This document shows, in pieces, positions 1-9,127 of a DNA stretch of 64,000 nucleotides. The stretch's first letter is position 1. Every line of letters begins with the position of its first letter. Origin of the DNA: a virus. The DNA lies in the IMG/VR virus record IMGVR_UViG_3300034283_001913, positions 1-64,000 of that record; one strand, written 5' to 3'. The notes beneath the pieces are model-generated. The model had not been told where the DNA came from. It did not search any database and was given only the letters and a program-made list of their open reading frames with translations. The position numbers and the translations under genes were made by a program.

Positions 1-1
1 A

Positions 2-691
2 GTTGTTCTCCAAGATGGAGAAATAGCTTGGACAACAGATACCCAAGAATTTTATGTTGGTGATGGTGTAACTCTAGGGGGTATATTTATTGGACCTGGA
101 ACAGTGGGTGCTTTTGTACCTTTAACTAGAAATATTACTATTAATGGTATAACCCAGGATTTATCAGTAGATAGAACATGGACAATTGCTGCGGGAGTTA
201 CCTCAGTAAATACAGCTACTGGTGCAGTAAGTTTACTAGTATCTAATACTGGAACAGGTGGTACTCTACAGTGGAATACTACTACTCTTGAAATACCAGA
301 AGCAGCATCTACTAAAACTGGATTGCTCACATCTACTGATTGGACTACCTTTAATAATAAGCAAGATGCAATAACTCTTACTACATTAGGTACATCAGGT
401 GCAGCTACTCTAATAGGTAGCACACTTAATATACCTCAATATGCAGGCACAGTAACATCAGTAGGGTTATCTTTACCCTCAGAATTTGCTATATCAGGTT
501 CTCCAGTAACTGGCTCAGGTACTTTAACAGGTACTTGGAATACTCAAAATGCTAACCAAGTATTAGCGGGACCTAGCACTGGTGCACCAGCAACTCCTAC
601 ATTTAGAGCTCTTACAATAGATGACATGCCAGCTCAAGTAGTAAGTGCATTATCTTCAGCTAATCTATTTAACTATTATAACTTTATATGA
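2..691 (+). CDS. Tail fibre protein, 5'-truncated, with Mtd_N-like N-terminal motif
   Basis: The frame of ORF 104..691 is open back to base 2 and reads VVLQDGEIAWTTDTQEFYVGDG (GEI..TDT...VGDG fibre motif). It also has GVTSVN and GTVTSVGLS fibre repeats. Confidence 0.75.
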   Translation, partial: VVLQDGEIAWTTDTQEFYVGDGVTLGGIFIGPGTVGAFVPLTRNITINGITQDLSVDRTWTIAAGVTSVNTATGAVSLLVSNTGTGGTLQWNTTTLEIPEAASTKTGLLTSTDWTTFNNKQDAITLTTLGTSGAATLIGSTLNIPQYAGTVTSVGLSLPSEFAISGSPVTGSGTLTGTWNTQNANQVLAGPSTGAPATPTFRALTIDDMPAQVVSALSSANLFNYYNFI

Positions 692-948
692 AGTATACAG
701 CGCCAGATGGGTTTGTTATAGAATCCAAAGAAAATGAAGTTGTAACATATACATGCTCATGTTATATGCCTGATGGTGTATATGAAAGCTTTGAAACAAC
801 AGGAGCTAATACACCTATTGGTATTCAGCAAATCAAAGTAAGTAGAGCAGTGTCTAACAATCAGATGGTTATAACTATTACAATGAGTAATGACCAAGAG
901 TTATTAGACTATATTCAATCTTGTCAATCTCAAATAATCCCAGAATAA
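688..948 (+). CDS. Hypothetical protein (tail-fibre associated)
   Basis: 86-aa ORF overlapping the upstream stop, in a tightly packed operon. Confidence 0.6.
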   Translation: MKYTAPDGFVIESKENEVVTYTCSCYMPDGVYESFETTGANTPIGIQQIKVSRAVSNNQMVITITMSNDQELLDYIQSCQSQIIPE

Positions 949-949
949 T

Positions 950-1369
950 ATGGCAGCAAATACAATTCCTATCTTTATTGACTCAGGTAACTTTACTCCT
1001 GGTAGAATAGCAGCAGCAAATACAGCATCTGATGGATCTGGTGCTTTAGTAACAGTAGTAACATCAGGTGTAGATGGTACTCGTGTAGATGGTGTGAGGT
1101 TTAGAAACTCTCAAGCATCGGCAGCTACTTCTTCTGCAATGGTTATGAGGATATTCTTATCTGATACAGGTGGTGCTAACTATAGACTTATTGGTGAAGT
1201 TGCCACAGCCGCAGCAACAAGAACAGCTTCTGTTGTTGGTGCAACATCTATATTTACTTTTGACCAACCTATTATTATGCAATCAGGTCAAATTATGGCG
1301 GTGTGTCAATCTGTTTATGCCGGTGTTCAAGATCAATTTGACGCAGTAGCTTACGCTGGAGATTACTAA
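950..1369 (+). CDS. Hypothetical virion/tail-associated beta-rich protein
   Basis: 139-aa ORF; its stop overlaps the next start (TAATG). Confidence 0.65.
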   Translation: MAANTIPIFIDSGNFTPGRIAAANTASDGSGALVTVVTSGVDGTRVDGVRFRNSQASAATSSAMVMRIFLSDTGGANYRLIGEVATAAATRTASVVGATSIFTFDQPIIMQSGQIMAVCQSVYAGVQDQFDAVAYAGDY

Positions 1370-3225
1370 TGGCTGTTTATTACTTCAGAAATACAGGTGA
1401 TGTAAACTGGGGTACTGCTACCAACTGGAGTTTAACAGATGGTGGCGGTGCTACTGGTGCTGTACCTACAGCTACTGATGATGCTATATTTACTAACAAT
1501 AGTGGAAATTGTACGGTTAATGCTTCTGGAAGAGTTTGTTTAACACTAAACTTCTCAACATATACCAATACAATTACAATGACCAACCAGATTGCTGTAT
1601 CAGGAAATGTTACACTTGGTGCAGGTATGGGTATTGCTGGAGCAGGTAGATTAGTGCTTCTTGCAACTGCTACATTAACTAGTAATGGGAAAATTTGGCC
1701 AAATGAGTTAGCAACAGGTGGCTCATCAATCATCACATTCACATTAGCAGATGACTGGGTAGTTTCTGGAGCTTTAAATCTTACAAATTCAAGTACTACA
1801 GGTGCTGCTCAAAAAAATACTTTTAATGGGTTTACATTATCTTTTGGTGGTAGCTTAACTGTATTTACAAATGGTAACAGAGATGTTGGAGGTACAACAA
1901 AGTTTATAATGAATGGTACTGGTAACTGGACAAATGGAACCAGTTCCTCTGTTAGAAATAGTTTGGATATAAACACTACTGGAACATTTACATTTGCATC
2001 AGCTCAAATAAATTATTCAACAGGCACCTTAACATATATAGCAGGTACAGTTATAACAACAGGAAATAATTTTGTTATGCAAACTTCAGCTACTTTAGAT
2101 ACAAGTGGTATGACTTTGAATCAAGTAACAGCAGCTACGGGTACACATACATTAATTAGTGACCTCAATACAAATGTATTGTCCATAGGTGCTGCAACAT
2201 TTAATGGTGCTAATATAAATCTAAAAGGTAATATATCAATAACTAATAATACAGGTTCAGCAGGAACATCCACCTTAATATTCAATGGAACAGGTAATCA
2301 AACTTGGAGTGGTGGCTCATTCTTAAGAATGAAGACAACAATAGATAAACCAAGTGGTACATTGTTTCTAACAGGAACTATCCAGTTTAATGGTAATACT
2401 TTAACCTATATATCAGGAGAAGTTATACAAACAGGTGTATTAAGTATAAGTAATGCAGCAACAACTTTAGACACAAATTCTTTAGTGTTTAATACTGTGA
2501 ATATACTTAATAATATAGCAGTCACTTTACTTTCTGATTTGAATATTGCAGGTGCTTTAGGACTTAATGGTATAGTAACTATTAATGGAGCTGGAAGAAA
2601 AGTAAATATAGGTGGCTCATTTAGTAATTCAAATACTGGCGCAACACCACAAGGTGGTACTGCTGATATTGTTATGGTAGGTACTGGAATTATAGCAAGT
2701 GCTGGAATACCATTTAGCTTTAATTTGGAAATAAATACAGATGGAGTGGTAAGCATAAGTGGTACAGTAAGATTTAGAGATGACACATTTAAACTGACAA
2801 AGGGAACTTTATCTGCTACTTCAACAGGGGTATTGTTATTAACAGCTAACTGTACTTTGCTTGGTATGCATAAAGCATCTTTACCAACTATATCAGTAAC
2901 AGCAGGTATTACAGTAACAATGAATGAGTTCTTTAGCGGAACACCAACAAAAAGTGTCAATGTATCTTCTGTAACCGCTGGTTCTACATATACAATAGTT
3001 TTTCAAGATGGATTTGAAAAGATAGCAAAGTTTGTGGATGTGTCAGATTGCACACTATTAAGACCGCTACAACTATTAATGTTGACAAACAATTCACTGG
3101 TTAGGTGTGCAGGTATAAGAATGAATAACCAATCACCTAATGGAGTAGCTAAGAACATGCCAAGTATCAATCAGTCAATGAGTTACTCTGCTGGTTTACT
3201 TACCAGTGACCCAGCAATAAACTAA
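1369..3225 (+). CDS. Putative tail spike/adhesin (beta-helix-like, G/T/N/S-rich)
   Basis: 618 aa with an NW...NWS...GAVPTATDD start and repetitive T/G/N beta-strand pattern. Confidence 0.65.
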   Translation: MAVYYFRNTGDVNWGTATNWSLTDGGGATGAVPTATDDAIFTNNSGNCTVNASGRVCLTLNFSTYTNTITMTNQIAVSGNVTLGAGMGIAGAGRLVLLATATLTSNGKIWPNELATGGSSIITFTLADDWVVSGALNLTNSSTTGAAQKNTFNGFTLSFGGSLTVFTNGNRDVGGTTKFIMNGTGNWTNGTSSSVRNSLDINTTGTFTFASAQINYSTGTLTYIAGTVITTGNNFVMQTSATLDTSGMTLNQVTAATGTHTLISDLNTNVLSIGAATFNGANINLKGNISITNNTGSAGTSTLIFNGTGNQTWSGGSFLRMKTTIDKPSGTLFLTGTIQFNGNTLTYISGEVIQTGVLSISNAATTLDTNSLVFNTVNILNNIAVTLLSDLNIAGALGLNGIVTINGAGRKVNIGGSFSNSNTGATPQGGTADIVMVGTGIIASAGIPFSFNLEINTDGVVSISGTVRFRDDTFKLTKGTLSATSTGVLLLTANCTLLGMHKASLPTISVTAGITVTMNEFFSGTPTKSVNVSSVTAGSTYTIVFQDGFEKIAKFVDVSDCTLLRPLQLLMLTNNSLVRCAGIRMNNQSPNGVAKNMPSINQSMSYSAGLLTSDPAIN

Positions 3226-3239
3226 AAACTAGGTGGTTT

Positions 3240-3273
3240 TTTGCAAATCTCGATGGTAATCTGTATATTATAG
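3240..3273 (+). promoter_or_regulatory. Putative phage promoter TTTG-N20-TATATTATAG
   Basis: Intergenic. The same bipartite motif and spacing recur at 6862, 23182 and 27786. Confidence 0.65.
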
Positions 3274-3291
3274 AAAACAAAGAGTCGTGGC

Positions 3292-4614
3292 ATGAGTATA
3301 GGTAACCTAAAAGACTATGGTAATAAGGGGAATAATTTTCCCTATCAACTTAGAAACCTGCAGCTTCTGGGTGACATCAATCAAGGTATTGTTGATCTTA
3401 CCAATGCTATAGTTCCTTCTGCTGTAGGACCTATGGCAAATGATGCTTTTGGTAGATTAAGAGTATCTAATCCATTAACTCTATTTGATTCTTCTCACAG
3501 GTATCATGATAATGGTTTGTGGAATACTTCTACAGCTAGCGGTGGTGCTGCAGTTTTTAGTCCTAATGAAGGATTAGTAAACTTAAATGTAAACACCACC
3601 AGCGGATCTCAGGTATTAAGAGAAACCACAAAAGTCTTTTCTTATCAACCAGGTAAATCATTACTAGTATATAACACTTTTGTAATGGCTCCTGCTCAAA
3701 CTAATCTTAGACAAAGAGTAGGCTACTTTGGTACAGATAATGGTGTATATCTTCAGTTAAACAACAACACCTTAAGCTTTGTAGAAAGAAGTATTGTTAC
3801 AGGTATTGTTACCGAGAGTGTAGTAAACCAGTCTTCTTGGAATGTAGATAAATTAGATGGTACAGGTCCTTCTGGTGTTGTTTTAGATATGACCAAAGCT
3901 CAGATTTTATTCGCAGATATAGAGTGGCTAGGTGAAGGAACTGTAAGATTAGGTTTTATTATAGATGGAGCATTTATACTTTGTCATAGATTTAACCATG
4001 CAAACCTTATTGCATCTACCTATATAACCACAGCTTCTCTACCCTTAAGGTATGAGATTACAAATACTGGGATTACGTTAAACTCTAGTACGCTAAAACA
4101 AGTTTGTTCTACTGTAATATCTGAAGGTGGTTATGAACTAAGAGGTGCACAATTAGCAGTAGGTACCCCTATTACAGCTCCTACAAGTTTAGCTGTTGCG
4201 GGTACTTATTATCCTATTGTAAGTATAAAACTTAGAGCAGGTTATCTAGATGCTGTAGTTATCTTAACTGCTTTATCTATTATGGGTGTTGCAACAGGTA
4301 TTTACAACTGGAAAGTAGTAGCAGGGGGAACTACTTCTGGAGGAGCTTTTGTTCCTGCTGGTGTAAACTCTGCTGTAGAATATAATATTACAGGAACTAG
4401 TTTTACTGGAGGAAGAACTTTGGCATCAGGGTTTCTTACCTCAAGTACACAATCATCAGTAAACTTAGATATTCTAAAAGAAGCGCTGTTTTCTTTTCAG
4501 CTAGAAAGAAATAGTTTTACTAGTACACCATATGAGATATCTCTTATTGTTAGTGCAAGCACTAATACAGAGCTCATATACGCTTCTATGGATTGGGAAG
4601 AAGTAAGTAGATAA
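3292..4614 (+). CDS. Putative virion structural protein
   Basis: 440 aa with a DAFGRLRVSNPLTLFDS motif recalled from aquatic phage proteins. The N-terminus is shared with the next ORF. Confidence 0.65.
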   Translation: MSIGNLKDYGNKGNNFPYQLRNLQLLGDINQGIVDLTNAIVPSAVGPMANDAFGRLRVSNPLTLFDSSHRYHDNGLWNTSTASGGAAVFSPNEGLVNLNVNTTSGSQVLRETTKVFSYQPGKSLLVYNTFVMAPAQTNLRQRVGYFGTDNGVYLQLNNNTLSFVERSIVTGIVTESVVNQSSWNVDKLDGTGPSGVVLDMTKAQILFADIEWLGEGTVRLGFIIDGAFILCHRFNHANLIASTYITTASLPLRYEITNTGITLNSSTLKQVCSTVISEGGYELRGAQLAVGTPITAPTSLAVAGTYYPIVSIKLRAGYLDAVVILTALSIMGVATGIYNWKVVAGGTTSGGAFVPAGVNSAVEYNITGTSFTGGRTLASGFLTSSTQSSVNLDILKEALFSFQLERNSFTSTPYEISLIVSASTNTELIYASMDWEEVSR

Positions 4615-4634
4615 AATATAAAAATATATAAATC

Positions 4635-4892
4635 ATGTCAGTAGGAAATCTTAAAGACTACGGTAATAAGTGGGGAAACAACTTTCCTTATCAGCTCCAG
4701 ACTCTTCAACTTTTGGGTATGTCCCAAAATCTTAATTTACAAGAAAAAGTATTTCAAAATGCCACAGCTGCTGGATTGACTGCAGATATAAACACGTTTT
4801 TTAGCACTAACAAAGATCTATTTCTTGTGGCTAAAAGTGTAGTATTTGATGGGAGTAAATGGTACGCCTTTATAACAATAGCTTCTCTTTAA
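4635..4892 (+). CDS. Hypothetical protein sharing its N-terminal peptide with 3292..4614
   Basis: MSVGNLKDYGNKWGNNFPYQL versus MSIGNLKDYGNK-GNNFPYQL. Confidence 0.7.
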   Translation: MSVGNLKDYGNKWGNNFPYQLQTLQLLGMSQNLNLQEKVFQNATAAGLTADINTFFSTNKDLFLVAKSVVFDGSKWYAFITIASL

Positions 4893-4895
4893 AAC

Positions 4896-5195
4896 ATGGA
4901 AAATATACTTCTTTCGGCCGGATCAGAAGGTGTGCCTAGTCTTGGTGCATTTGAAACTCTAACTCAGTATGGGGCTTTAGGCGTAGTTGTATTAGGCCTG
5001 GGAGCTGTACTTTGGTTCATGCTCAAAAGACAAATTGCATCAGAAGATAGATTAAAAGCTCGTGTAGATGAACTTGAAAAAGAACTCAAAGAGTATATCA
5101 AAAATGATCAAAATCAGTTACGCAGTACTATTGAAAATAATACGCGTGCTGTGGAGAGCTTTAGAGATCTTTTACTGACCAAGAAAAGTAAGTAA
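4896..5195 (+). CDS. Holin-like protein (one TM helix plus coiled coil)
   Basis: Hydrophobic YGALGVVVLGLGAVLWFML followed by a charged coiled coil; lies in the lysis cassette. Confidence 0.55.
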   Translation: MENILLSAGSEGVPSLGAFETLTQYGALGVVVLGLGAVLWFMLKRQIASEDRLKARVDELEKELKEYIKNDQNQLRSTIENNTRAVESFRDLLLTKKSK

Positions 5196-5196
5196 T

Positions 5197-5700
5197 ATGA
5201 AAAAGCTATTGTTGCCTTTTCTTTTATTAGCCGTAGTGGCTCTTGTACTTTCCGGACTTTATTCCGCTGGAGACAAGCATGTAGAAGTAGTGGATAACAA
5301 TGCTACGCTTTCTCAACAAAACACTCAGCTTAAATCTGAAAATAGCGAGTTAAAAACTGAGAATACTCAGCTGATCGCTAAGAATGAAAACCTTATTCAA
5401 CAAGTTGAAGAGGTTACTATGATGGCAGATAGTATCAAAGAAACAAATGTTGAGAAGCCTGTACCTGTTATAGTGCAAGATAAGATTGAAGCAAAATATG
5501 GATGGGCAACTCCAAACTATGTATTTGAGTTGCTTGTATTTCAGTTAGACAATGGTCCAACTAAACAAGACTATAAAGCAAGTTTACTTGAGGTTTTAAA
5601 TAACAGGGCTCTTTATTATCCTTCAGAACAAGATCCCGAACAACCAGGTAAAATAGTAAAGCGCTCCGAAATAGACAGTCTAGTTAACCTTAAATACTAA
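5197..5700 (+). CDS. Membrane-anchored coiled-coil protein (spanin-like candidate)
   Basis: N-terminal MKKLLLPFLLLAVVALVL signal/anchor followed by heptad repeats (LKSENSELKTENTQL). Confidence 0.45.
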   Translation: MKKLLLPFLLLAVVALVLSGLYSAGDKHVEVVDNNATLSQQNTQLKSENSELKTENTQLIAKNENLIQQVEEVTMMADSIKETNVEKPVPVIVQDKIEAKYGWATPNYVFELLVFQLDNGPTKQDYKASLLEVLNNRALYYPSEQDPEQPGKIVKRSEIDSLVNLKY

Positions 5701-5703
5701 AAG

Positions 5704-5979
5704 ATGAAAAAGTTTTTTAATCAGTTGTTTTGTGACAACAACTCAATCAATGAAAAATCCGTAGTTGGATTTGCGGCTTTTGTAATGATGATCTTATTTG
5801 CTATAGCAGATGTGATCACAGGATTTTTAGGAAAAGAGCTTGTTGTTAACGAGTTTATTTTCAACTCTTTTTTGATCCTTGTATTAGGATCTTTTGCAAT
5901 AGGATCGATAGATAAATATACTAACAAGAAGCTAGGATCTACTTCTGAGACTCCTTCCGAAGAAGAAGCTGCTTCATAA
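5704..5979 (+). CDS. Putative holin (two TM helices)
   Basis: Two hydrophobic segments and a charged C-terminus; directly upstream of the candidate lysin. Confidence 0.6.
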   Translation: MKKFFNQLFCDNNSINEKSVVGFAAFVMMILFAIADVITGFLGKELVVNEFIFNSFLILVLGSFAIGSIDKYTNKKLGSTSETPSEEEAAS

Positions 5980-5990
5980 AATAAAATAAC

Positions 5991-6536
5991 ATGCGCAAGT
6001 ATACAATAGAAGAGCTAAAAGCTGAGTTTAAGAAACATGGTCATAAGTGGTTTGACTTTATGATTGTGGGAGTTAGATCTACTCTTGACAAACCTAATGA
6101 GTTTGATGATCTGATCGGTTTGGTATCCGGAGGTAAAATTACTTGGTACACAGGCACTACTAATCCGGGTGTAGACTGGCTTAAGAGTCTGATGAATCCT
6201 AAAGGAACAGCTGTTCTTAAACCAGGCCAGTATATCGATACATGGGGATTAGGTCTTCATCAAGGGAAGTACGAAGCTTTCAAACAGATAAAGCCCGTTA
6301 CTGTTTATCGCGATAAGGATTTAGATGATAAGTCTGAAGAAACTGCGGTGACTGATACTGGATTATTTGGTATCAACATTCACCGAGCAAATGAAAAAGC
6401 TATATCTAAATTTATAGGTAAATGGTCTGCAGGTTGTCAAGTATTAAACAACCCGGCTGATTTCGCAAGCCTCTTAGCAGCAGCAAAAGGATCAGGTCTT
6501 AAAGCTTTTACATACACACTTTTAAAAGAGTTTTGA
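5991..6536 (+). CDS. Putative endolysin with L,D-transpeptidase (YkuD)-like catalytic motif
   Basis: GINIH-x14-SAGCQV resembles the YkuD H-x14-17-[ST]HGC motif; flanked by holin-like genes. Confidence 0.55.
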   Translation: MRKYTIEELKAEFKKHGHKWFDFMIVGVRSTLDKPNEFDDLIGLVSGGKITWYTGTTNPGVDWLKSLMNPKGTAVLKPGQYIDTWGLGLHQGKYEAFKQIKPVTVYRDKDLDDKSEETAVTDTGLFGINIHRANEKAISKFIGKWSAGCQVLNNPADFASLLAAAKGSGLKAFTYTLLKEF

Positions 6537-6537
6537 C

Positions 6538-6849
6538 ATGTCTGACGGTGTATTGCATTTTTTATTAGGTGTTGCGGGATCAGTAATCATGGTTCTTTTT
6601 GCCATCATAGGTTACTTTTTAAGAGTAATCCATGCTGATGTAAAATTTGCTGTGCAAGAAACCGGTAAAAACAAAGGTCGAATAGAGCTGGTTGAACAAC
6701 AACTTAATAGCGATGTAAAGCGTATCGAACAAACAACACAGCTCGAATTGAGAAATCTCGCTAATACGGTAGATAAGCTAACTATTAGCGTTGATCAGCT
6801 TGTTAAGTTCCAACTTGATAGCATGAAAGCTCATCAAAACCATTCTTGA
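6538..6849 (+). CDS. Holin-like membrane protein (one TM helix plus coiled coil)
   Basis: N-terminal hydrophobic helix and heptad-rich C-terminus. Confidence 0.5.
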   Translation: MSDGVLHFLLGVAGSVIMVLFAIIGYFLRVIHADVKFAVQETGKNKGRIELVEQQLNSDVKRIEQTTQLELRNLANTVDKLTISVDQLVKFQLDSMKAHQNHS

Positions 6850-6861
6850 TTTCTTAATCTG

Positions 6862-6894
6862 TTTGTAGGTACGGTTTTTTTTATTATATTATAG
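6862..6894 (+). promoter_or_regulatory. Putative phage promoter TTTG-N19-TATATTATAG
   Basis: Intergenic copy of the recurrent motif. Confidence 0.65.
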
Positions 6895-6913
6895 ATGAAA
6901 ACGTGTTAATATC

Positions 6914-7606
6914 ATGGCTACAGAATCTAAACTTATCCCTTCAGCTACCAACCTCTCTAACTTGTTTTATGGGGTGAAGCTTTATAGTAAAAACGTTTAC
7001 CGTCAACCGGGCAAGATCATTGGTAAATACAGCAATATCTACACAGATGTGGTAGACTTTGTTGCAAGTATTTATGCTAAAGAGCTTGCTGTTGCTAATA
7101 GCAACGCTACATGGAATTATAAACTTGCTGACGGTAGCAATCAAACATCTGCTTTTTCTCCAGACCAAGGTATCCATTATGAAACCTTAGGTATGATTGT
7201 AGCAGTATCTGAGTTTGAGTGGAACGAGCTTCAGCAAACTATCAGCAAAGCTCTAAACATTATACGTTTCCCTAACGCTTTTCATACCGTAAATACTTCA
7301 TACAGTTTGTCTGATATGCTGTATTTCTACAGAAAAATGGGAGTTTTTAGCGGAGGTACTGCAGCGACTTTAAGTCTTACTGATGCTAATGGAAATCCGT
7401 TACCCGGATCCCCTTTTGCTCAAGGCGTTACTTATGCTACAGCTTGGAATACTGTAAAGGTACCAGCAGACTTAGCATTAGGAATAACCACTCCTTATAT
7501 CGCTCCTGTATACAACCCTACGCCTGTTGTAGGTGATGAGTATTTCTATCGCTTTACTGGGGTAAGAGTTTGGGAAAGTCCTTTTGCAGGATACGACGCT
7601 TATTAA
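6914..7606 (+). CDS. Hypothetical protein (apparently monocistronic)
   Basis: 230-aa ORF between a promoter-like motif and a terminator. Confidence 0.7.
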   Translation: MATESKLIPSATNLSNLFYGVKLYSKNVYRQPGKIIGKYSNIYTDVVDFVASIYAKELAVANSNATWNYKLADGSNQTSAFSPDQGIHYETLGMIVAVSEFEWNELQQTISKALNIIRFPNAFHTVNTSYSLSDMLYFYRKMGVFSGGTAATLSLTDANGNPLPGSPFAQGVTYATAWNTVKVPADLALGITTPYIAPVYNPTPVVGDEYFYRFTGVRVWESPFAGYDAY

Positions 7607-7632
7607 GATTACACACACCTAGTTAAGTGTTC

Positions 7633-7667
7633 AGGGCTCCGGGCTATTCTCGGAGCTCTTTTATTTT
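7633..7667 (+). terminator. Rho-independent terminator
   Basis: AGGGCTCCGGG-ctatt-CTCGGAGCTCT stem (11 bp with G-U pairs) followed by TTTATTTT. Confidence 0.85.
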
Positions 7668-7678
7668 AGCTCTGAGAC

Positions 7679-7715
7679 TAAATTTTGCAGGTTTACACTT
7701 TTTAGCATATATTCG
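7679..7715 (+). promoter_or_regulatory. Bacteroidota sigmaA-like promoter (TTTG-N20-TATATTCG) overlapped by TAAAT-N7-GTTTA palindrome
   Basis: TTTG at 7684-7687 and TATATTCG at 7708-7715 approximate the -33/-7 consensus TTTG/TAnnTTTG. The palindrome spans 7679-7695. Confidence 0.55.
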
Positions 7716-7735
7716 CAAAAGTTTAACCATAAATA

Positions 7736-7757
7736 GTCAGTCATGTCAGAAACCAAC
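7736..7757 (+). promoter_or_regulatory. Bipartite motif GTCAGTCAT..AAACCAAC over the start codon (candidate antisense target 1)
   Basis: 9+8 nt exactly complementary to 30861-30881; includes the AT of ATG 7743. Confidence 0.55.
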
Positions 7758-8075
7758 ACTGAAAGAGAGCCGACAGAACAAGAGCTCCAAGCGTATCGCG
7801 AGAACATGAAAAAGTTCTATGATCAGCAGATACCTTTTCTAAAAAAACAAAAAGAGTATGAAATGCTTTTGGCGGATATTGAAGAGGCTAGAGCTAAACG
7901 TATCACTATGAGTATGCGTATTGCTCAGATTATGGCCGGTCCTCCAGAAGAACCTTCAGAAGAAGAAAAAGCCAAAGCTGTAGAAGCTATGCAGCAGGCT
8001 ATTCAGAATGATGAATCTTCTGAAGAAGAATCTGAAGAAACTTCTCCTAAACCGAGAAAACTTAAAGCGAAGTAA
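7743..8075 (+). CDS. Hypothetical acidic coiled-coil protein
   Basis: 110-aa ORF, first gene after the promoter. Confidence 0.75.
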   Translation: MSETNTEREPTEQELQAYRENMKKFYDQQIPFLKKQKEYEMLLADIEEARAKRITMSMRIAQIMAGPPEEPSEEEKAKAVEAMQQAIQNDESSEEESEETSPKPRKLKAK

Positions 8076-8078
8076 ACC

Positions 8079-8450
8079 ATGGCAAAGGTAAACCTAGTAG
8101 ATAAGCGAGCTAAGCTTAGTCTATGGGATGCTGTTAAGTTTCAGCTGATCACTCATTGTTATCTAAACAGAATAACAATGAGTGATTCTGAGCTTAACTG
8201 TCTCACTCTCCTTGGTATTCAAGGGGAGTGTGAGCTTACCGATTTTTGCACATTAGCTGCAGGCGAGAACATCTTTAAGACTACGCAAACAGTAAGAAAT
8301 TGCTTAGCAAAAATGGAAACAGAAGGTTTTATACGGAAAGAGGGCAGAAGTAAAAAGAAGATTATGATTAATCCGGATCTTAAGCTTCAAGCTCAAGGAA
8401 ATATACTATTGGATTTTAAGTTCGTATATGCTGAACCCAAAGAAAGCTAG
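8079..8450 (+). CDS. Putative winged-helix DNA-binding protein
   Basis: TTQTVRNCLAKMETEGFIRKEG...KIMINP resembles a wHTH recognition helix plus wing. Confidence 0.55.
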   Translation: MAKVNLVDKRAKLSLWDAVKFQLITHCYLNRITMSDSELNCLTLLGIQGECELTDFCTLAAGENIFKTTQTVRNCLAKMETEGFIRKEGRSKKKIMINPDLKLQAQGNILLDFKFVYAEPKES

Positions 8451-8823
8451 AGATTTTATAACGCCTACTTCTAAAGAACTGGAGATGGACCCAGAATTTG
8501 TAGAAGCCGTTGTAGATTTTTATTGGAAAGAGATTAGAAAGGCTTTGTCAAATTTATCTGCTCCGCAGATCTTTGTAGCTAATCTTGGCACCTTTAGAGT
8601 AAAACACTGGGAGCTGGAAAAAAACAAAAGTGAATATCAGAGTTACATTGATAGACTCGATTTGACAAAGATGACTTTTCAGCAACACGCTATTAAGAAA
8701 GAGTGGGAAAGTCGTATCGAGAATATTGACGAGATGATAAAAATGGTTGATTTGGATAAGGATCGTAAGAAAAAAATAAAACAGAAAAGACATGATACAA
8801 GCTCTAAAAAAGATTTGGAATAG
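8428..8823 (+). CDS. HU/IHF-like DNA-binding protein
   Basis: Helical N-terminus followed by QIFVANLGTFRVK, matching the HU-family 'I.GFGTF' strand. Confidence 0.55.
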   Translation: MLNPKKARDFITPTSKELEMDPEFVEAVVDFYWKEIRKALSNLSAPQIFVANLGTFRVKHWELEKNKSEYQSYIDRLDLTKMTFQQHAIKKEWESRIENIDEMIKMVDLDKDRKKKIKQKRHDTSSKKDLE

Positions 8824-9127
8824 CAGAAAGCTTATTCTAGAAGGTGTAAAAAACAGTTTTTTACGCAGGCCTGCTGTAGAAAAGATAGCTTTTGAAAGGA
8901 TGGAAATCTGCATAGAGTGTCCTCTTATAGATAATACTGGAGAAAGCTGTCTTGTTCCCGGGACACAACCTTGTTGTGGAGCTTGTGGCTGTAAGCTATC
9001 CTTTAAAACGAGATCTCTTGCTTCTCAGTGTGAACACCCTGATGGTCCTCGTTGGAAAGCTACTATGACCCAGGCAGAAGAAGATGTTTATTACAAAAAG
9101 ATTAACTATAATCCTTACGAAAAATGA
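8792..9127 (+). CDS. Cys-rich putative Zn-binding protein
   Basis: ERMEICIECP...CCGACGC.L..KTRS....C.....W pattern. Confidence 0.65.
   Translation: MIQALKKIWNSRKLILEGVKNSFLRRPAVEKIAFERMEICIECPLIDNTGESCLVPGTQPCCGACGCKLSFKTRSLASQCEHPDGPRWKATMTQAEEDVYYKKINYNPYEK

Noticed and set aside
2-691. Diversity-generating retroelement suggested by the Mtd_N-like motif
   Set aside because: No reverse transcriptase or template/variable repeat pair is seen in the window, and the motif is common in fibres without a DGR.
7627-7809. 60-aa ORF from the track
   Set aside because: It runs through a terminator and promoter and overlaps the better-supported ORF 7743..8075.
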